Shown: positions 13,803-27,555, numbered from the stretch's first letter. The stretch: 64,000 bases of DNA from Albugo candida (GCA_040437565.1 JBDOQK010000066.1:1-64000), one strand, 5' to 3'. Translations and numbers: made by a program. The notes: generated from the sequence alone by a model not told the origin.

Positions 13803-16300
13803 TTCGGCATTCATTTCCGATGTTGCAAACTCTCGAAGAAGCTGACGGTGTACATGCATATTGTTTGTGATCTTCTTTAGAAAAGTCTGATGACACAGCA
13901 CTTTGCTTTGCTGAGGCAAGCAGAGATCTGCATTCAGTGCTCCAATTCTTGATCGGCTTACCTATCGATGTATCCATGCTTTGACGTCTTTAGACTGAGA
14001 GTGAAGGTGAATCAGCCGAATGAGTCAATTCCTTATGCTCGAAATCCAATCCTCCGTGATTATCGGCCTTCATTCAGCTCACTTCAGACGACTCTATGAG
14101 CTGGATTTTGTTGTCCAGTTGATCCTTCAAATCTTGTAGTAAATGCCCTCGTTGATCAGAATGCAGTTGTACGTCAAGAAATTCATCTTCCAGTTTTGTA
14201 AACTTCCTCTAAAGTTGTTGCAAAGCCTCCGTAGTACTTGCGTTGAATAGCATAAATGTATGATGTGCAGTGGTGGTTCTCGTTCTTGATTTTGGTGATC
14301 GCTGATTGCTGATTGCTCTCATAGGAAGTTGCAAAGTCCAGTCGATTCTTCAGCGCATTGCGCGGTTCTTTCCGAACTGTAAATCATTTCATCAAATTAT
14401 CGGTACTCTTACGACTGCTCGATTCCGACATGTTGATGCTCACCGTTGTGCGACCATCAGAGTCTTGGTAGATACGATCGACTTTCATATCGATATCGCA
14501 CATGACTCATAATCGGTTCAATCAAGTTGTTGATCACTTTCCATGGGTAGACGACGATACATAAACCATCGTGGCCTTCTCGAGTGTCTTCCGACAGCTT
14601 CAGTCTTCCTCACCATTTTCAGATCTACAAGGTAGAGTTTTCCCAATTCAAGCACCTGTGTTGCATCATATCGTTGCTACACTGTCCCCATAAGAGCGTT
14701 GTGCCTACATAGCTGCGTGCATTCATTTAATAGCAGCGATAGAACGCTTCTTGTTTTCTTTAATCACGCGATGCATAAATTCTTCTGGGCTTGCGACATA
14801 CGACGAGCCACACGGATAGCACAAAATTGTGTAACCTCATTCCACATGTTTCTTCTCGTATTCGTCGACTCTGGGATGTGTGATTGATCGCTTGCAATGT
14901 GTTCTTCGGTCGTCACGTACTGCAACTTTTTGTTTCGCTTCCGTGAGTAATGATTCCGTTGCTCCAAATTCAGCTGGATGTTGCACGAATGTTCGCCTAT
15001 TTTTTATGGTAGTTCTGATGTCACATGGATCTCATCTGAGAATGAAGGTGGAATAGTCGAAGAGATCGAGTCCTCCATGAGGTCAGTCTCGATATCAGTT
15101 GGTGACGAGTCTGAGATCGCTCGTTGCGGGTGCAGAGTGCAATTATGTAGTATCAGAAATGCTTGTTCGCTTCATCTTGTGATGACAGCAGATCCCCTTG
15201 ATGATTCCAGGAGAGTCCCAATTTAGCCATCACTCTCTTGTTGTCTTTGTCGGTGTGCATCCCTTTTCAGACGAAAATGGCAGCTGACCTTTGCTGTCCA
15301 GTTGAATATGAAATATTGGCTGATTTCCACCAACAGAATACCACATTCAGCATTTTGTACTTTTTCTGGAGCTGTTGGAAAGCCTCGATGGTGCTTGTTT
15401 CGGATGACAAGCCTTTTCAGAGCACTTGCTGATGCTCTTCTCACTCCTGGCTTTTGATGATCGCCACTCTTGAGCAAATTGACGATATACGTTTTCATGT
15501 ATCAATCCTCTTGTGATTTTGCCGATATCCTAAACGTGCAAGAAGCATGAACAAAGCTCCAATTACGGGAACATACACCACGTGTTTCTTTTGCTGAAAC
15601 AATATGACGGAAGTGTGAGTTTCTTGCGTCAAAGACTTTATCCGCCACGTTGTAGAAATGATCCATTGATCATCTTTGCCTCCTCGAGCCGAGTTCCGAC
15701 AGCTTCGGTCTTCGACACCATTTCAATTCCAGCCAGACCCAATAAGTATAACGTTTCTGGATTTCAACGTGTCTTTGGAACCAGTCAAAAAAAGAACGGA
15801 GTGGCTACGTGAGTAGCACTCATTCAAATTTGTTGTCGCTATGACACGCTTATTGGTCCCTTGAATCACATTCCACATAAATCTTGTGGCGCTTGTGGTA
15901 GACATCTTCATCATATTTTCGACCCAGAAACCACGTCGTGTGAAGATCAGACACTTGAAGTATATACATGCAACAGAACTCGTTGTGATTGTGATTTCCA
16001 ATTTTGCATCAGCAGCACCATAGGGGTTCAAGTTGACAGCCTCAGTTTGTCTTACCATGCACGCAGCCAACGAGCACATCACCATTGAATAAATAAACCG
16101 TGGATTAGACGTGAGAAGGATTGCTAGAGGCTGCGGACTTGCGCATTGCGTGATTGTGGATTGTACGATGCAGCATCTTAGGCCAACGAATGTAACACTT
16201 CGCGTCACGTTTAAAGACCTGGAATCCAACGACGCTGTAATCAACTTCATCAAGGGCGGAGCATACAGCTTTTAATCGTCAAAGGAGTCGAAAGGACACA
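9330..16300 (-). pseudogene. Decayed tandem kinesin-1-like units (several motor and tail remnants)
   Basis: Switch I-like GTNKRVIATTNLNECYSRSHSV (about 15800). Switch II-like LYLLGLAGIEMVSKTEAVGTRLEEAKMIN (about 15660-15750). A second GKLYLVDL..MVRKTEAVG (about 14590-14645). Tails DERIKKLEAINRKLTDSMRKKAEKRVKEL and IAK-like motifs VIKMLRGG and RINKTWCGGG. Many stops and frameshifts. Confidence 0.75.
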
Positions 16301-17375
16301 ATTGCGCCGGACCCTTAATAAGTTGACTCTATATGCAATGACACACAAGCAATTGGCTTGAGTATCAACCAATTAGCCACAATGCAATGCTCTTTGTATC
16401 CTTGCCGTAAGACCGTCAAGTTCTTGATCTGGCTGCATTGTGAAAGGTTTCGATGCTAAACTTGACAGGGCTGTCTAGTAAGAGCAAATAATGACATTCT
16501 ACACATAATGGGAAATCTTTCCGAGAAGCTTATTATGACAGCCCACATCCCAAGACTTTGCTGTGATGGAAACATTCTCATGTGTATGTGAGCGATTATG
16601 CTTTCCCTGTGTAAGCTTCGTCTCTAGAAGGCATCCAAAATGTACTCGGTCCACGCATCTGTCCCATCAGTTGCATTACAGTTATGCTCTCAATAAGAGC
16701 GTACATGTACACTATCGAGTCTGCAGTCTGCACGTCAGACCATTAAGTCTCTGCTGTCAGACGATGCGTTATATCTATCGTAACGTTCATTTCAAAGTTG
16801 AGATTTTGTTTGGCACAAGCCTTCTCACATGCACAATTAGATGCTGTAAGAAATCTTTGAAATGGCCTCTTTGTGACAAATTCACATGTCGTTTGGCAAT
16901 GCAACCGACTTGAAGTTTGCCTTTTCGAGGCAGACTAATTATGAGAGTGTTTAGTCAGCTTGCAGTGAAAAGGATACAACATGCAGATGCAACGAGGGGT
17001 TGTAATAGGAATGTGAATTATATTTACACGCTTTACTCGCTGTAGCGCATGAAATATCATCAACTATACGAATGTAGACCGTCAACAGCAACTGAGATAA
17101 GTCGAGAAACACACATTCATCAGCAATACATTTTCAAACTGAAGTGACGAGATGCATGTCGCTATGTACTCGTCAATATAGTGACTTATCAGCCGAACGG
17201 TAATGACTCTTTGCTCAGTCAATCTAATGATTCACTCACTTATATCTCGAGGCAAAAATCGACTAATTTCGGTTCGAACGGTTAAGTGAACACAGTAGTA
17301 CAGTGAACAAGCTTACAAGTACGACAAGTACAGTCGTTCGCTGCCATTCAATTTAATTTTCTGTAATTTGTGGCA

Positions 17376-17918
17376 ATGAGCATCGACGTCCAAGCGCACC
17401 AACATGAAGGCAGTTCAGACAGAGATAGTGACGATGAAATTCCTCCATTAGAAGAAGCGCAGGATGGTATTGGCGCAGAAAAAGGCAAGCACAATCGTTC
17501 GGAGAAAAAGTGTCGAAAAGCAATGCAAAAACTCGGTCTGAAGCCTGTATCCGGTATCGTACGAGCAACAATCAAGAAAAACAAGAGTATTCTTTTCGTC
17601 ATCAGTAAGCCCGACGTGTTCAAGAGTGCGTCTAGCGAGACGTACGTAATCTTTGGAGAAGCAAAAATCGAAGATCTGAATGCACAAACACAATCAACGG
17701 CTCCCCAACAGCCCAAGACTCCTGAAACCATCAAAGAGAAAGTCATTCAGGTGAACGAGACCGTAGAAGAAGACGAAAATGTAGATGACTCGGGTATCGA
17801 AGAGAAGGATCTCCAGCTTGTGATGTCTCAAGCATGTGTTAGCAAAGCGAGAGCCGTCAAGGCACTGAGAGACAATAACAACGATATCGTGAATGCAATT
17901 ATGGATCTTACAATGTAA
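17376..17918 (+). CDS. NACA: Nascent polypeptide-associated complex subunit alpha
   Basis: [60 protein letters not shown] domain, plus UBA-like C-terminus [17 protein letters not shown] at 17376. Confidence 0.95.
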   Translation: MSIDVQAHQHEGSSDRDSDDEIPPLEEAQDGIGAEKGKHNRSEKKCRKAMQKLGLKPVSGIVRATIKKNKSILFVISKPDVFKSASSETYVIFGEAKIEDLNAQTQSTAPQQPKTPETIKEKVIQVNETVEEDENVDDSGIEEKDLQLVMSQACVSKARAVKALRDNNNDIVNAIMDLTM

Positions 17919-18498
17919 TTCGCTTTGGATCGAGACATCCATTTGAGTAGCATTGTAATATAAAAAACAATATGGTCACATTTTGAATATATTTTGAATG
18001 CTAACCGGTTTCAAGCATGAAAGTTTTAGTCAAATTTTGACGAATTAGAGACGATAGGAAAATCCAATGTTGGGTCGCCTTTGGAACCTGGAGTTTCTCA
18101 TATCTCAGCAAGAGAACCGCACCCTAAAAATTCCTCGCTCGATTATATCCAATCCTTGTATCGAAAAGAATAATTGAACGCGTGGATTGGATATATCATT
18201 CGTGAATTCTTTTGATCCTTGACCCCTACGCCCTTCAAGCCCTTCCCCTTTTCTTATAAAACCTAACTTTCTTCTAGAAACCAATGAATGGCTCTATGCG
18301 TGCTTGGAAAGGACACTCGATTACACCCGTATATTGTTTAAAACTGTACACGTTTCCTACTTTTTTTCTCAACCCTTTGTTTTTCTTGTTCGTTACCGGC
18401 TCGAGCCACTGTGAACCTCAGAATAAAACTGAAAGTTTGATTAGTTTGCAACTTTCATTGCTTTTAAAAGAACCAAGTAGTGAGAACAAGGAGTCGTG

Positions 18499-19326
18499 AT
18501 GGAACGTGAAGCATGTGTGTACCTCGCCAAGCTTGCTGAACAAGCTGAACGGTCCGTCTTTTTGATTTTGTGTGAAATATTTCTCTTCATTGTTTTCTCA
18601 TGATAGCATTTCGTTGCTTTGTTTCTATTTAACAGTTACGACGAAATGGTAGACCATATGAAAGCAGTGGCCAACAATCACAATGTGGAACTTACCGTGG
18701 AAGAGCGTAATTTACTGTCAGTTGCGTACAAAAATGTCATTGGATCTCGCCGCGCTTCGTGGCGTGTCATTTCGTCTATTGAGAACAAAAACGATCAAGA
18801 TCGAACCGAACACATCAAAGCGTACCGAGAAAAGATTGAGGGAGAGCTCGTGGAAATTTGTAACGATATCTTGGCTATCATTGAAAATAACCTGATTCCC
18901 AGCTCAACTTCCGAAGAAGGAAAAGTGTTTTATTACAAAATGAAGGGCGATTATCATCGATATTTGGCGGAATTTCAGGTGGAAGAAGAGCGGAGAGAGT
19001 CATCTGACAAAGCTCTGGAAGCATACAAGCAAGCGTCGACTGTTGCCATGGCTGAATTGCCGCCAACTCATCCTATTCGTCTTGGATTGGCGCTCAACTT
19101 TTCCGTGTTTTATTACGAAATTCTGAACTCACCTGATCGAGCATGTAATCTTGCAAAACAAGCGTTTGACGATGCGATAGCCGAACTCGACACTTTATCT
19201 GAGGAATCGTATAAGGATAGTACGTTGATCATGCAGTTACTTCGGGACAATCTTACCCTATGGACTTCCGATCAAGAAACAGACCACACCGAAGCTGCCG
19301 ATATGAACGTGCAAGATGTGGAATAA
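18499..19326 (+). CDS. 14-3-3 protein
   Basis: Exon 1 18499-18551 ([18 protein letters not shown]), intron GT 18552 to AG 18635, and exon 2 with [27 protein letters not shown] and [18 protein letters not shown]. Confidence 0.97.
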
Positions 19327-19471
19327 CCTTAGCTGTCAGTACAACATTTGCTTGAAGACGCGTCTAGCAGGAAAGATGTGTTAGATAGTTGCAAAGTTGA
19401 TACAATGTTGTAACATCCGCTTCTTGTGAACATCTTTGCAATCATTAGCTTTCACTCCTTCAAACTGTTTT

Positions 19472-19934
19472 NNNNNNNNNNNNNNNNNNNNNNNNNNNNN
19501 NNNNNNNNNNNNNNNNNNNNNNNNNNNNNNNNNNNNNNNNNNNNNNNNNNNNNNNNNNNNNNNNNNNNNNNGATATTCGGATGTCGGAGTTGTAATAACG
19601 CGTTTGTTTCACGTAATGCGGTCACTGGGAAGCCTTCCTTGCAGAGATCACCCGACATTTTCACTTGTTTCAGCGCCACAATCTCTCCTGAGCTTTTATC
19701 GCGAGCCTTTGACACGACGCCGTATGTTCCTTCATCGATTCGACCGATTCTCTCGTAATTTTCGACGCTTCGACAGCCGTATAATACGTAGTTGGGAATA
19801 GACGCGTAACAGTCATCTCTCCGTGAACGTTTGTTTGGAGCGGCTGTGGGTGGGATGGGACACGTGGAGTCGGAGTTGTGACCGCCATTTTCGCTTATTT
19901 CGTTCGTATTTGTATGATGCGAGTGCTTTGTCAT
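19472..19934 (-). CDS. CDK11/CDK10-like cyclin-dependent kinase, 5' part; the rest lies in the N-gap
   Basis: YGCRSVENYERIGRIDEGTYGVV..VALKQVKM..EGFPVTALRETN (PITSLRE-like). Sequence 19425-19471 is the reverse complement of the 3' flank of the full kinase at 42121-42167. Confidence 0.85.
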
Positions 19935-20653
19935 GTCGCCTATCCAATTCCGTACAGAGTTTGTATTGTATCGGATACGTCACTACCCACTGATTGACGA
20001 TAAGAACGCGGTGCTGCGGGTGAATCTTGTGTGTCTGTGCGTTAAGAACGGATTGCTGGAATGAACATAACGGAGCTTCTATGTGTGTGTGGTAACAACG
20101 GAATTGCCGTATTTAGCAGGACCAAACTTGCGGGTGTGTTAAGAACGCATCGCTGTATGAAGTTGCACGTATGTGTTAAGTACGCAGGGCCATATACTGT
20201 ATATCGTAACCGAACTTTTTTGTTTAGATACCAAAAAGCTACGCTCAAGTTGATTCGTACTTAAAAGAAGAAAGTGTGTGATGATGGGACTCTGATCGAC
20301 CTTTGGTATGAGATAGCCACCAAACGTGGATTGGTTCGGTACCGTCTAATGTCGCGCTATATAGCAGTGATCTCATTGTAGAGCTAGCGTCACGGAGTAT
20401 GGAAAGATGACGAAGGGAGGTAGAGCCCACAAATGGTAACCTTTTTATGTGTACTGTCTTCTATCTAAATGGACGGTTATTGCTTTAATTATTTTTTCTC
20501 GATGCGTACCAGAGGAAGGTACAGAATAGTGCATCAGGGAGTGTTGTTCAGAGGAGAAACGCAAAGGAAGATCGATTTCGGAAGCGCGCATTAGCCAATT
20601 GGCTGATTGATGCACGTGTTGCGATTTAAAGTCCCGTTACGTAAACGATACCG

Positions 20654-22167
20654 TCAAGTTACGAAGTACGAAAAGGTATGAAGCAATTTTCTGTGTTTAT
20701 TTTTTGGCAATTCATGGTTTAAAGAGATGCCAAGATCAGAGAACGAATCAGACGGATCTTCAACAGTAAAGAATTGGTACTGCTTCTGATCCCCTGTATT
20801 ATCGATGCTGACGGCACTGTGTTTCAGTAATGACGAGCGTAAAGTACTCAGCGGAACGGCTTCGCGCGGCGGTGATGAGGAGCTGGAAGTAATCCTCTCT
20901 TCTGACACACTTTCAACGATGTCGTTGATACAAATCTTATCACCATCCTCAACAAGCTCGACCATAAAATTCTGGGCAGAAATCATCAGATCCGGCTTAA
21001 GTCTCATGTAGTGACGATAATTATCCCAAGTTAACTTTTCATCGAAATCAATAAGAAACTTTCCCCTCATACTAATAAAGAAGTATTTCTTCTCTTTGAC
21101 GAGTGTGGGTACCAGCAGATTGCACTTGATGTGATAGCGACCGTTGACAAATTTGATATCCTTCTCTCCCGATGGTCCGTATTGGTTGGTTTTGATTCCA
21201 GATATAAGCTCTTCCATTCTTGTTTTATACTTAGCATAGGCTCTTCCTGACAATGTGATTGGACCAACACCAGGATTAAATGCGATAGGTCTCTTTCTCT
21301 CACTTTTTTCTATGATTTCGTATAATTTTTGGAGATATTGCTCTGGTGTTTGGTGATTTATATCCTTAATAAGGTACTCACCGGGATTTTGTTCAGTTTG
21401 TGGTTCATTTTGTAGTTCATTTTGCGGTTCATTTTGTGGTTCTTTATGTGGTCCATTATGTGATCCGAAATATTTTATAACCATATGTTCCAATTCCACC
21501 TCTGAGATTTGTTTGCTACGGTCAGACAACACTCGCTTGAGGTAAACTCGGTAATCATCGTGTTCTGCTCCTTTATGCTTGTATATTCCATTGTATGTGA
21601 ATAAATAGTAACTTTTTTTTCTTTAGTATAATAAAGAGGATCCACGCTTGTCACTACTGATATATGGTGCACTTTATTGGTCTTTAGGAGCTGTTCTACC
21701 TCGCTCCGAGTTTTCTGTATGGCAAAAGGATCACTATTTGATTCGGAATTCTGGGTACTGTCGGAATGACTCTCCTTCTCATTCATTGACGCCTGCTCCG
21801 TTCCCATTTCACTCCGACGTTTCTCCGCCTCGCGATGCTTAGTTAACTTTTTCAATCGCGCAGCATGCTCCCGTTCTAAGGTTTCGTCGTACCTTCAAAA
21901 CTCTTTCTCCCAATCTTTCAATGCCTTTTTATCTGCCTGCTTGATCTTCAACCGCAGTGTGTAACTTTCAGGACCAGTTGCTAGAGGTACTAGTTTTCCG
22001 TCCTTAATTAGAGGAGGATCCACTTCAATTTCCATTCCTCTTCGAGTCACGAGGCCAGACTCGTCTTTTAATACATCAACCAGTTGCACGTATGGTATGT
22101 ATTTACCAGATGCTGGGAATACTGCGACGGCAGCAAGGGTGAAAGAGCTCAAACTTCGGATCTTCAT
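20654..22167 (-). pseudogene. Secreted protein (candidate effector, about 504 aa if repaired) with in-frame TGA and homopolymer frameshift
   Basis: Signal peptide MKIRSLSSFTLAAVAVFPASG. The TGA at 21895-21897 is followed in frame by RYDETLEREHAARLKK. Adding one A to the A8 run (21613-21620) joins it to the open frame ending at 20654. EPQN-type 12-bp repeats at about 21390-21445. Confidence 0.65.
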
Positions 22168-23979
22168 TCTTTCTTGCTTATTGAAAAGTGATTGTCTAGC
22201 TGATCAATCCAGAGCGAGGTAGACTTATTATTGAAATAATCAGGAAGGCAAAAAAACGTAATCAATTTGGAACCTACTACTTAGAGTGCAACGAAGAGTC
22301 TCTCATTCAGACCAACGCCATGTTTACGAAACAAATCATTCAATCGAGAGATTCTGTAAAGAATATGGAAGCGATCGTTTAACTCACACGAGTGCTCATT
22401 GGTCAATTTACAACAATCAGTCGAAACTTGCACTTTTTCTACTGCCAATAGAACGGCGCAACGTGGGACTTGTGCTGCTGACATGACTCTGTCGGAAATG
22501 GCTGATATACATCATGGATTGCGTCCTATGCTAGCCAAAATGACCAGCAAGCAAACTCCCATGTATCCAAGCATGTCATCATCTCATATGTCATACAATT
22601 TTCCAGCAAAGATAGCCATTGATCACATAAGACTCGTGCTTCATATCGAGCGAGACGTGAACGTTCAAAGTTCGGTAAGTCGATATCAGACAACATTAAC
22701 TTTATAGAACTTCGACTTTATGAAAGCGTTGTGTCATGGAGCCCTCNNNNNNNNNNNNNNNNNNNNNNNNNNNNNNNNNNNNNNNNNNNNNNNNNNNNNN
22801 NNNNNNNNNNNNNNNNNNNNNNNNNNNNNNNNNNNNNNNNNNNNNNTTTTTTTCTTTAGTATAATAAAGAGGATCCACGCTTGTCACTACTGATATATGG
22901 TGCACTTTATTGGTCTTTAGGAGCTGTTCTACCTCGCTCCGAGTTTTCTGTATGGCAAAAGGATCACTATTTGATTCGGAATTCTGGGTACTGTCGGAAT
23001 GACTCTCCTTCTCATTCATTGACGCCTGCTCCGTTCCCATTTCACTCCGACGTTTCTCCGCCTCGCGATGCTTAGTTAACTTTTTCAATCGCGCAGCATG
23101 CTCCCGTTCTAAGGTTTCGTCGTACCTTCAAAACTCTTTCTCCCAATCTTTCAATGCCTTTTTATCTGCCTGCTTGATCTTCAACCGCAGTGTGTAACTT
23201 TCAGGACCAGTTGCTAGAGGTACTAGTTTTCCGTCCTTAATTAGAGGAGGATCCACTTCAATTTCCATTCCTCTTCGAGTCACGAGGCCAGACTCGTCTT
23301 TTAATACATCAACCAGTTGCACGTATGGTATGTATTTACCAGATGCTGGGAATACTGCGACGGCAGCAAGGGTGAAAGAGCTCAAACTTCGGATCTTCAT
23401 TCTTTCTTGCTTATTGAAAAGTGATTGTCTAGCTGATCAATCCAGAGCGAGGTAGACTTATTATTGAAATAATCAGGAAGGCAAAAAAACGTAATCAATT
23501 TGGAACCTACTACTTAGAGTGCAACGAAGAGTCTCTCATTCAGACCAACGCCATGTTTACGAAACAAATCATTCAATCGAGAGATTCTGTAAAGAATATG
23601 GAAGCGATCGTTTAACTCACACGAGTGCTCATTGGTCAATTTACAACAATCAGTCGAAACTTGCACTTTTTCTACTGCCAATAGAACGGCGCAACGTGGG
23701 ACTTGTGCTGCTGACATGACTCTGTCGGAAATGGCTGATATACATCATGGATTGCGTCCTATGCTAGCCAAAATGACCAGCAAGCAAACTCCCATGTATC
23801 CAAGCATGTCATCATCTCATATGTCATACAATTTTCCAGCAAAGATAGCCATTGATCACATAAGACTCGTGCTTCATATCGAGCGAGACGTGAACGTTCA
23901 AAGTTCGGTAAGTCGATATCAGACAACATTAACTTTATAGAACTTCGACTTTATGAAAGCGTTGTGTCATGGAGCCCTC
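21614..23979. repeat. Exact direct duplication across N-gap (offset 1233); assembly artefact
   Basis: 21614-22746 is identical to 22847-23979. Confidence 0.85.
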
Positions 23980-24172
23980 TGCCACGTAACGAGGTATTCG
24001 AAGGGTTCAGATTGCGTTCGAACAGATGCTTTGACTTGATACTGAGAGCTTGATTCTTTGCCCGCTTCCGCAAAAATAGCAAGCCGGTTTATAGTGTATA
24101 ACAGTACTTAATACAAACATTCATCCTAGTGTCGTAGAACTCTTCGATTACTTTAGAAACTAATTAATTACT

Positions 24173-25709
24173 TCAAAATGACTCAGTTATCAATCCCTGG
24201 GGTAAATGACCGGTTTGATTCATCGAGGATAACCGGACATTGCCAACAGAATCAATTTCAAACTCAGTGATACCGCAATGATGATATCTCATCTTGCCCC
24301 ATACTCCTTCTCCATCAACACCAAACGCTTGACAAATAAACCAGCGGATGATATTCGCATGACACACAATGATCCGATATCGATCTCGAGGCCGTACATT
24401 ACCGCGTGTACAATTCGCATACAAATTTGAAAATCGATTCTGCTCTTCTGTTGGAACGGGAGACTCTTTTTCGTCTAAATCCGACGGAATCAAGTGCCGG
24501 AACATGTTTCTATATACGAAACGTAATCGTGCACAATCGGATGCCGCAGTTTCTGTTTTCTCATAAACAAGTGTCTTACGATTTGTCGTTGGAAATGGAT
24601 TACACGGCCACGCTTCACGGAATAAGACTTCTTCTCGCGTGCTCATATTGAACGTCGGATTCTGCTTATGTTCCAATTCACAAATGCGATCCACAATACA
24701 TTGTGCGGTTTCCATGGTCCGCCGAGCTCCAGTATGACAAATTGGGAAATTCGAACGAAATCGCTTCAGCACGGAACGCGCACTCAAATACTCATATAAA
24801 TATTGACCGGTTAATTGTGCTTGACCGAGCCCGATTTCCGTCAAAGAAGAGTCAAAATCCGCAGTTGGACCATTTGATGCGTGATAATGTCCATGTCGAA
24901 TGAGAATCACTCGCGTAGTACGGCCATGGTCCAATACTTCTTGATCGATGGTCGGAGCGACGATCAAAGCGCTTGAGGCGATTGTGAGGGACGTCAACCA
25001 GTCCATAAGGGTTTGAGTATCGGGTGCGGCAAGAATTCGACTGAAAGAGGCATTCTCACAATGAATTGAAAATGCGAGTCCGTTTCCGATGTTCCCACCA
25101 ATTCGTTCGATTTTGGCTCCACAGATCATCATTCTTCCTTTTAATGCTCCATTGCGTCCATTTGATTCGACAGTAAAGTAATCAAGTTGATGTCCTCGCA
25201 AGACGAATGAACGCTGTGAAGAAAGTCAATTCGAGATTACGGAGATACATTACGATAACGTACGTTTTTCCAGGTTTGCCAACCAACTTTACCCTTTTTG
25301 CTAAGGATTCCGTGCATTAGAACGTCATTGGCGAAAACTCGCACATTTGCATTACTGACACGGTCATGAGCGAATACGCTTCCAGATGGTTTCCATACAA
25401 CGCCGGTTTCAGTGTCGATGATTCGATCAAATGACCCGGAAGTGTGGGAATCAGACGTTTGGGACGCAATCGTGCTCGATTTTGTGGTTACGCAGTTTAT
25501 GGCACTAAACTGTTGACGTCGCTTTTGTGTCACCAATTCGAACTTTGTAGGATTGAGTTTCAACATGTGAGCGTCAAAGAACACCGAGCAAATTCTCTAG
25601 CTGCAAGTTTACAGAATGAAATCGCACATAGGCGCGGTTGGTTGTAAAATACGTGCAAGCGCAATTCATCTGGCTGATGCGTTGGACTGGTTTGCTTGCT
25701 TGTGACCAT
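24173..25709 (-). CDS. PH-domain plus PGAM5-like histidine phosphatase
   Basis: PH motif HGILSKKGKVGWQTWKN/RSFVLRG..LMDWLTSL with an intron at about 25214-25263. Phosphatase motifs VILIRHG and IIVCHANIIRWF. The start is tentative (ATG 25709 with a small first intron). The 5' part is duplicated at 25852-26676 by an assembly overlap. Confidence 0.8.
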
Positions 25710-27555
25710 TACGTGTGTGGTTAGCGGTACTGGCTCGATGATTTGCGCTCTNNNNNNNNNNNNNNNNNNNNNNNNNNNNNNNNNNNNNNNNNNNNNNNNN
25801 NNNNNNNNNNNNNNNNNNNNNNNNNNNNNNNNNNNNNNNNNNNNNNNNNNNTGGTCCAATACTTCTTGATCGATGGTCGGAGCGACGATCAAAGCGCTTG
25901 AGGCGATTGTGAGGGACGTCAACCAGTCCATAAGGGTTTGAGTATCGGGTGCGGCAAGAATTCGACTGAAAGAGGCATTCTCACAATGAATTGAAAATGC
26001 GAGTCCGTTTCCGATGTTCCCACCAATTCGTTCGATTTTGGCTCCACAGATCATCATTCTTCCTTTTAATGCTCCATTGCGTCCATTTGATTCGACAGTA
26101 AAGTAATCAAGTTGATGTCCTCGCAAGACGAATGAACGCTGTGAAGAAAGTCAATTCGAGATTACGGAGATACATTACGATAACGTACGTTTTTCCAGGT
26201 TTGCCAACCAACTTTACCCTTTTTGCTAAGGATTCCGTGCATTAGAACGTCATTGGCGAAAACTCGCACATTTGCATTACTGACACGGTCATGAGCGAAT
26301 ACGCTTCCAGATGGTTTCCATACAACGCCGGTTTCAGTGTCGATGATTCGATCAAATGACCCGGAAGTGTGGGAATCAGACGTTTGGGACGCAATCGTGC
26401 TCGATTTTGTGGTTACGCAGTTTATGGCACTAAACTGTTGACGTCGCTTTTGTGTCACCAATTCGAACTTTGTAGGATTGAGTTTCAACATGTGAGCGTC
26501 AAAGAACACCGAGCAAATTCTCTAGCTGCAAGTTTACAGAATGAAATCGCACATAGGCGCGGTTGGTTGTAAAATACGTGCAAGCGCAATTCATCTGGCT
26601 GATGCGTTGGACTGGTTTGCTTGCTTGTGACCATTACGTGTGTGGTTAGCGGTACTGGCTCGATGATTTGCGCTCTATTTTTGTTTGTGTTTAGTCATCC
26701 TCCCTTCGTTCCACATCTTTTATCCCAGGTTAAGTACGCGTTATTTATTTAAATTACCAATTGCTACACACATGCGCATGTCAAAGTACGCTACGGGCCG
26801 CATGAGTGTCACACTTTATACCTCTTGCCACGATCCTATTTTTCTATACTATTTTATACTAAAATGAAGCAGCGAAAATGCAGCAGAGTTGTCGAGGAAC
26901 GCCACAACAATCGCACCAAATTTTTCAATTGTAGGTCGTTACAATGCTCAAGATTAAAGTGAGCGATATTCAATGGCGTTTCCCGAAGTGAAGCTGGAAA
27001 CGATAAAGCGTTACATGAAACGGTATTTTTACAACATAAACATGAATTGCAGGAATAATCAAAATCACGTATTCTCTCTCAAAATGGAGCTTGGTGATTG
27101 GTGAAAATGAGAAGCGAGTAAGCTGCAAATCATTCGCTTTATCAGTGAGCATATGTAATCACCGTGAGCTGGCTGAATATACACCTCCCAGGGTTGTGCA
27201 AGTGTATAATACGTACTTTTCTTACTTCGCCAATGATGGGCAAAGCAGTTGACTTCTTCATAAGATACGCAAGGTCATTATTTATTCTCCAATGAAATCC
27301 TTTGTTTACGCGATATAATCTACATGAATCAGATGCGCATCACACAGCTGTCTCCCCTCCTGGAATTCCCTCCTCATCCTGCATCCCCTCTCGGTTTGAT
27401 ATGCATACCTAGCCACATATTCACCATATTTTCTACATCCGTCGGATCTAAACATTAACCGATTTACTCTATACGTCTCGTAAGAAACCCTTCTCGTTTT
27501 TTTTTCGAGTCCTGAGTGGGTCACTTGTTTGGTGATATTCCGTCAGTTAATCTAA

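Noticed and set aside
21610-21625. Programmed -1 ribosomal frameshift at the A8 run
   Set aside because: There is no evident stimulatory structure and an upstream stop is also present; mutation or homopolymer error is simpler.
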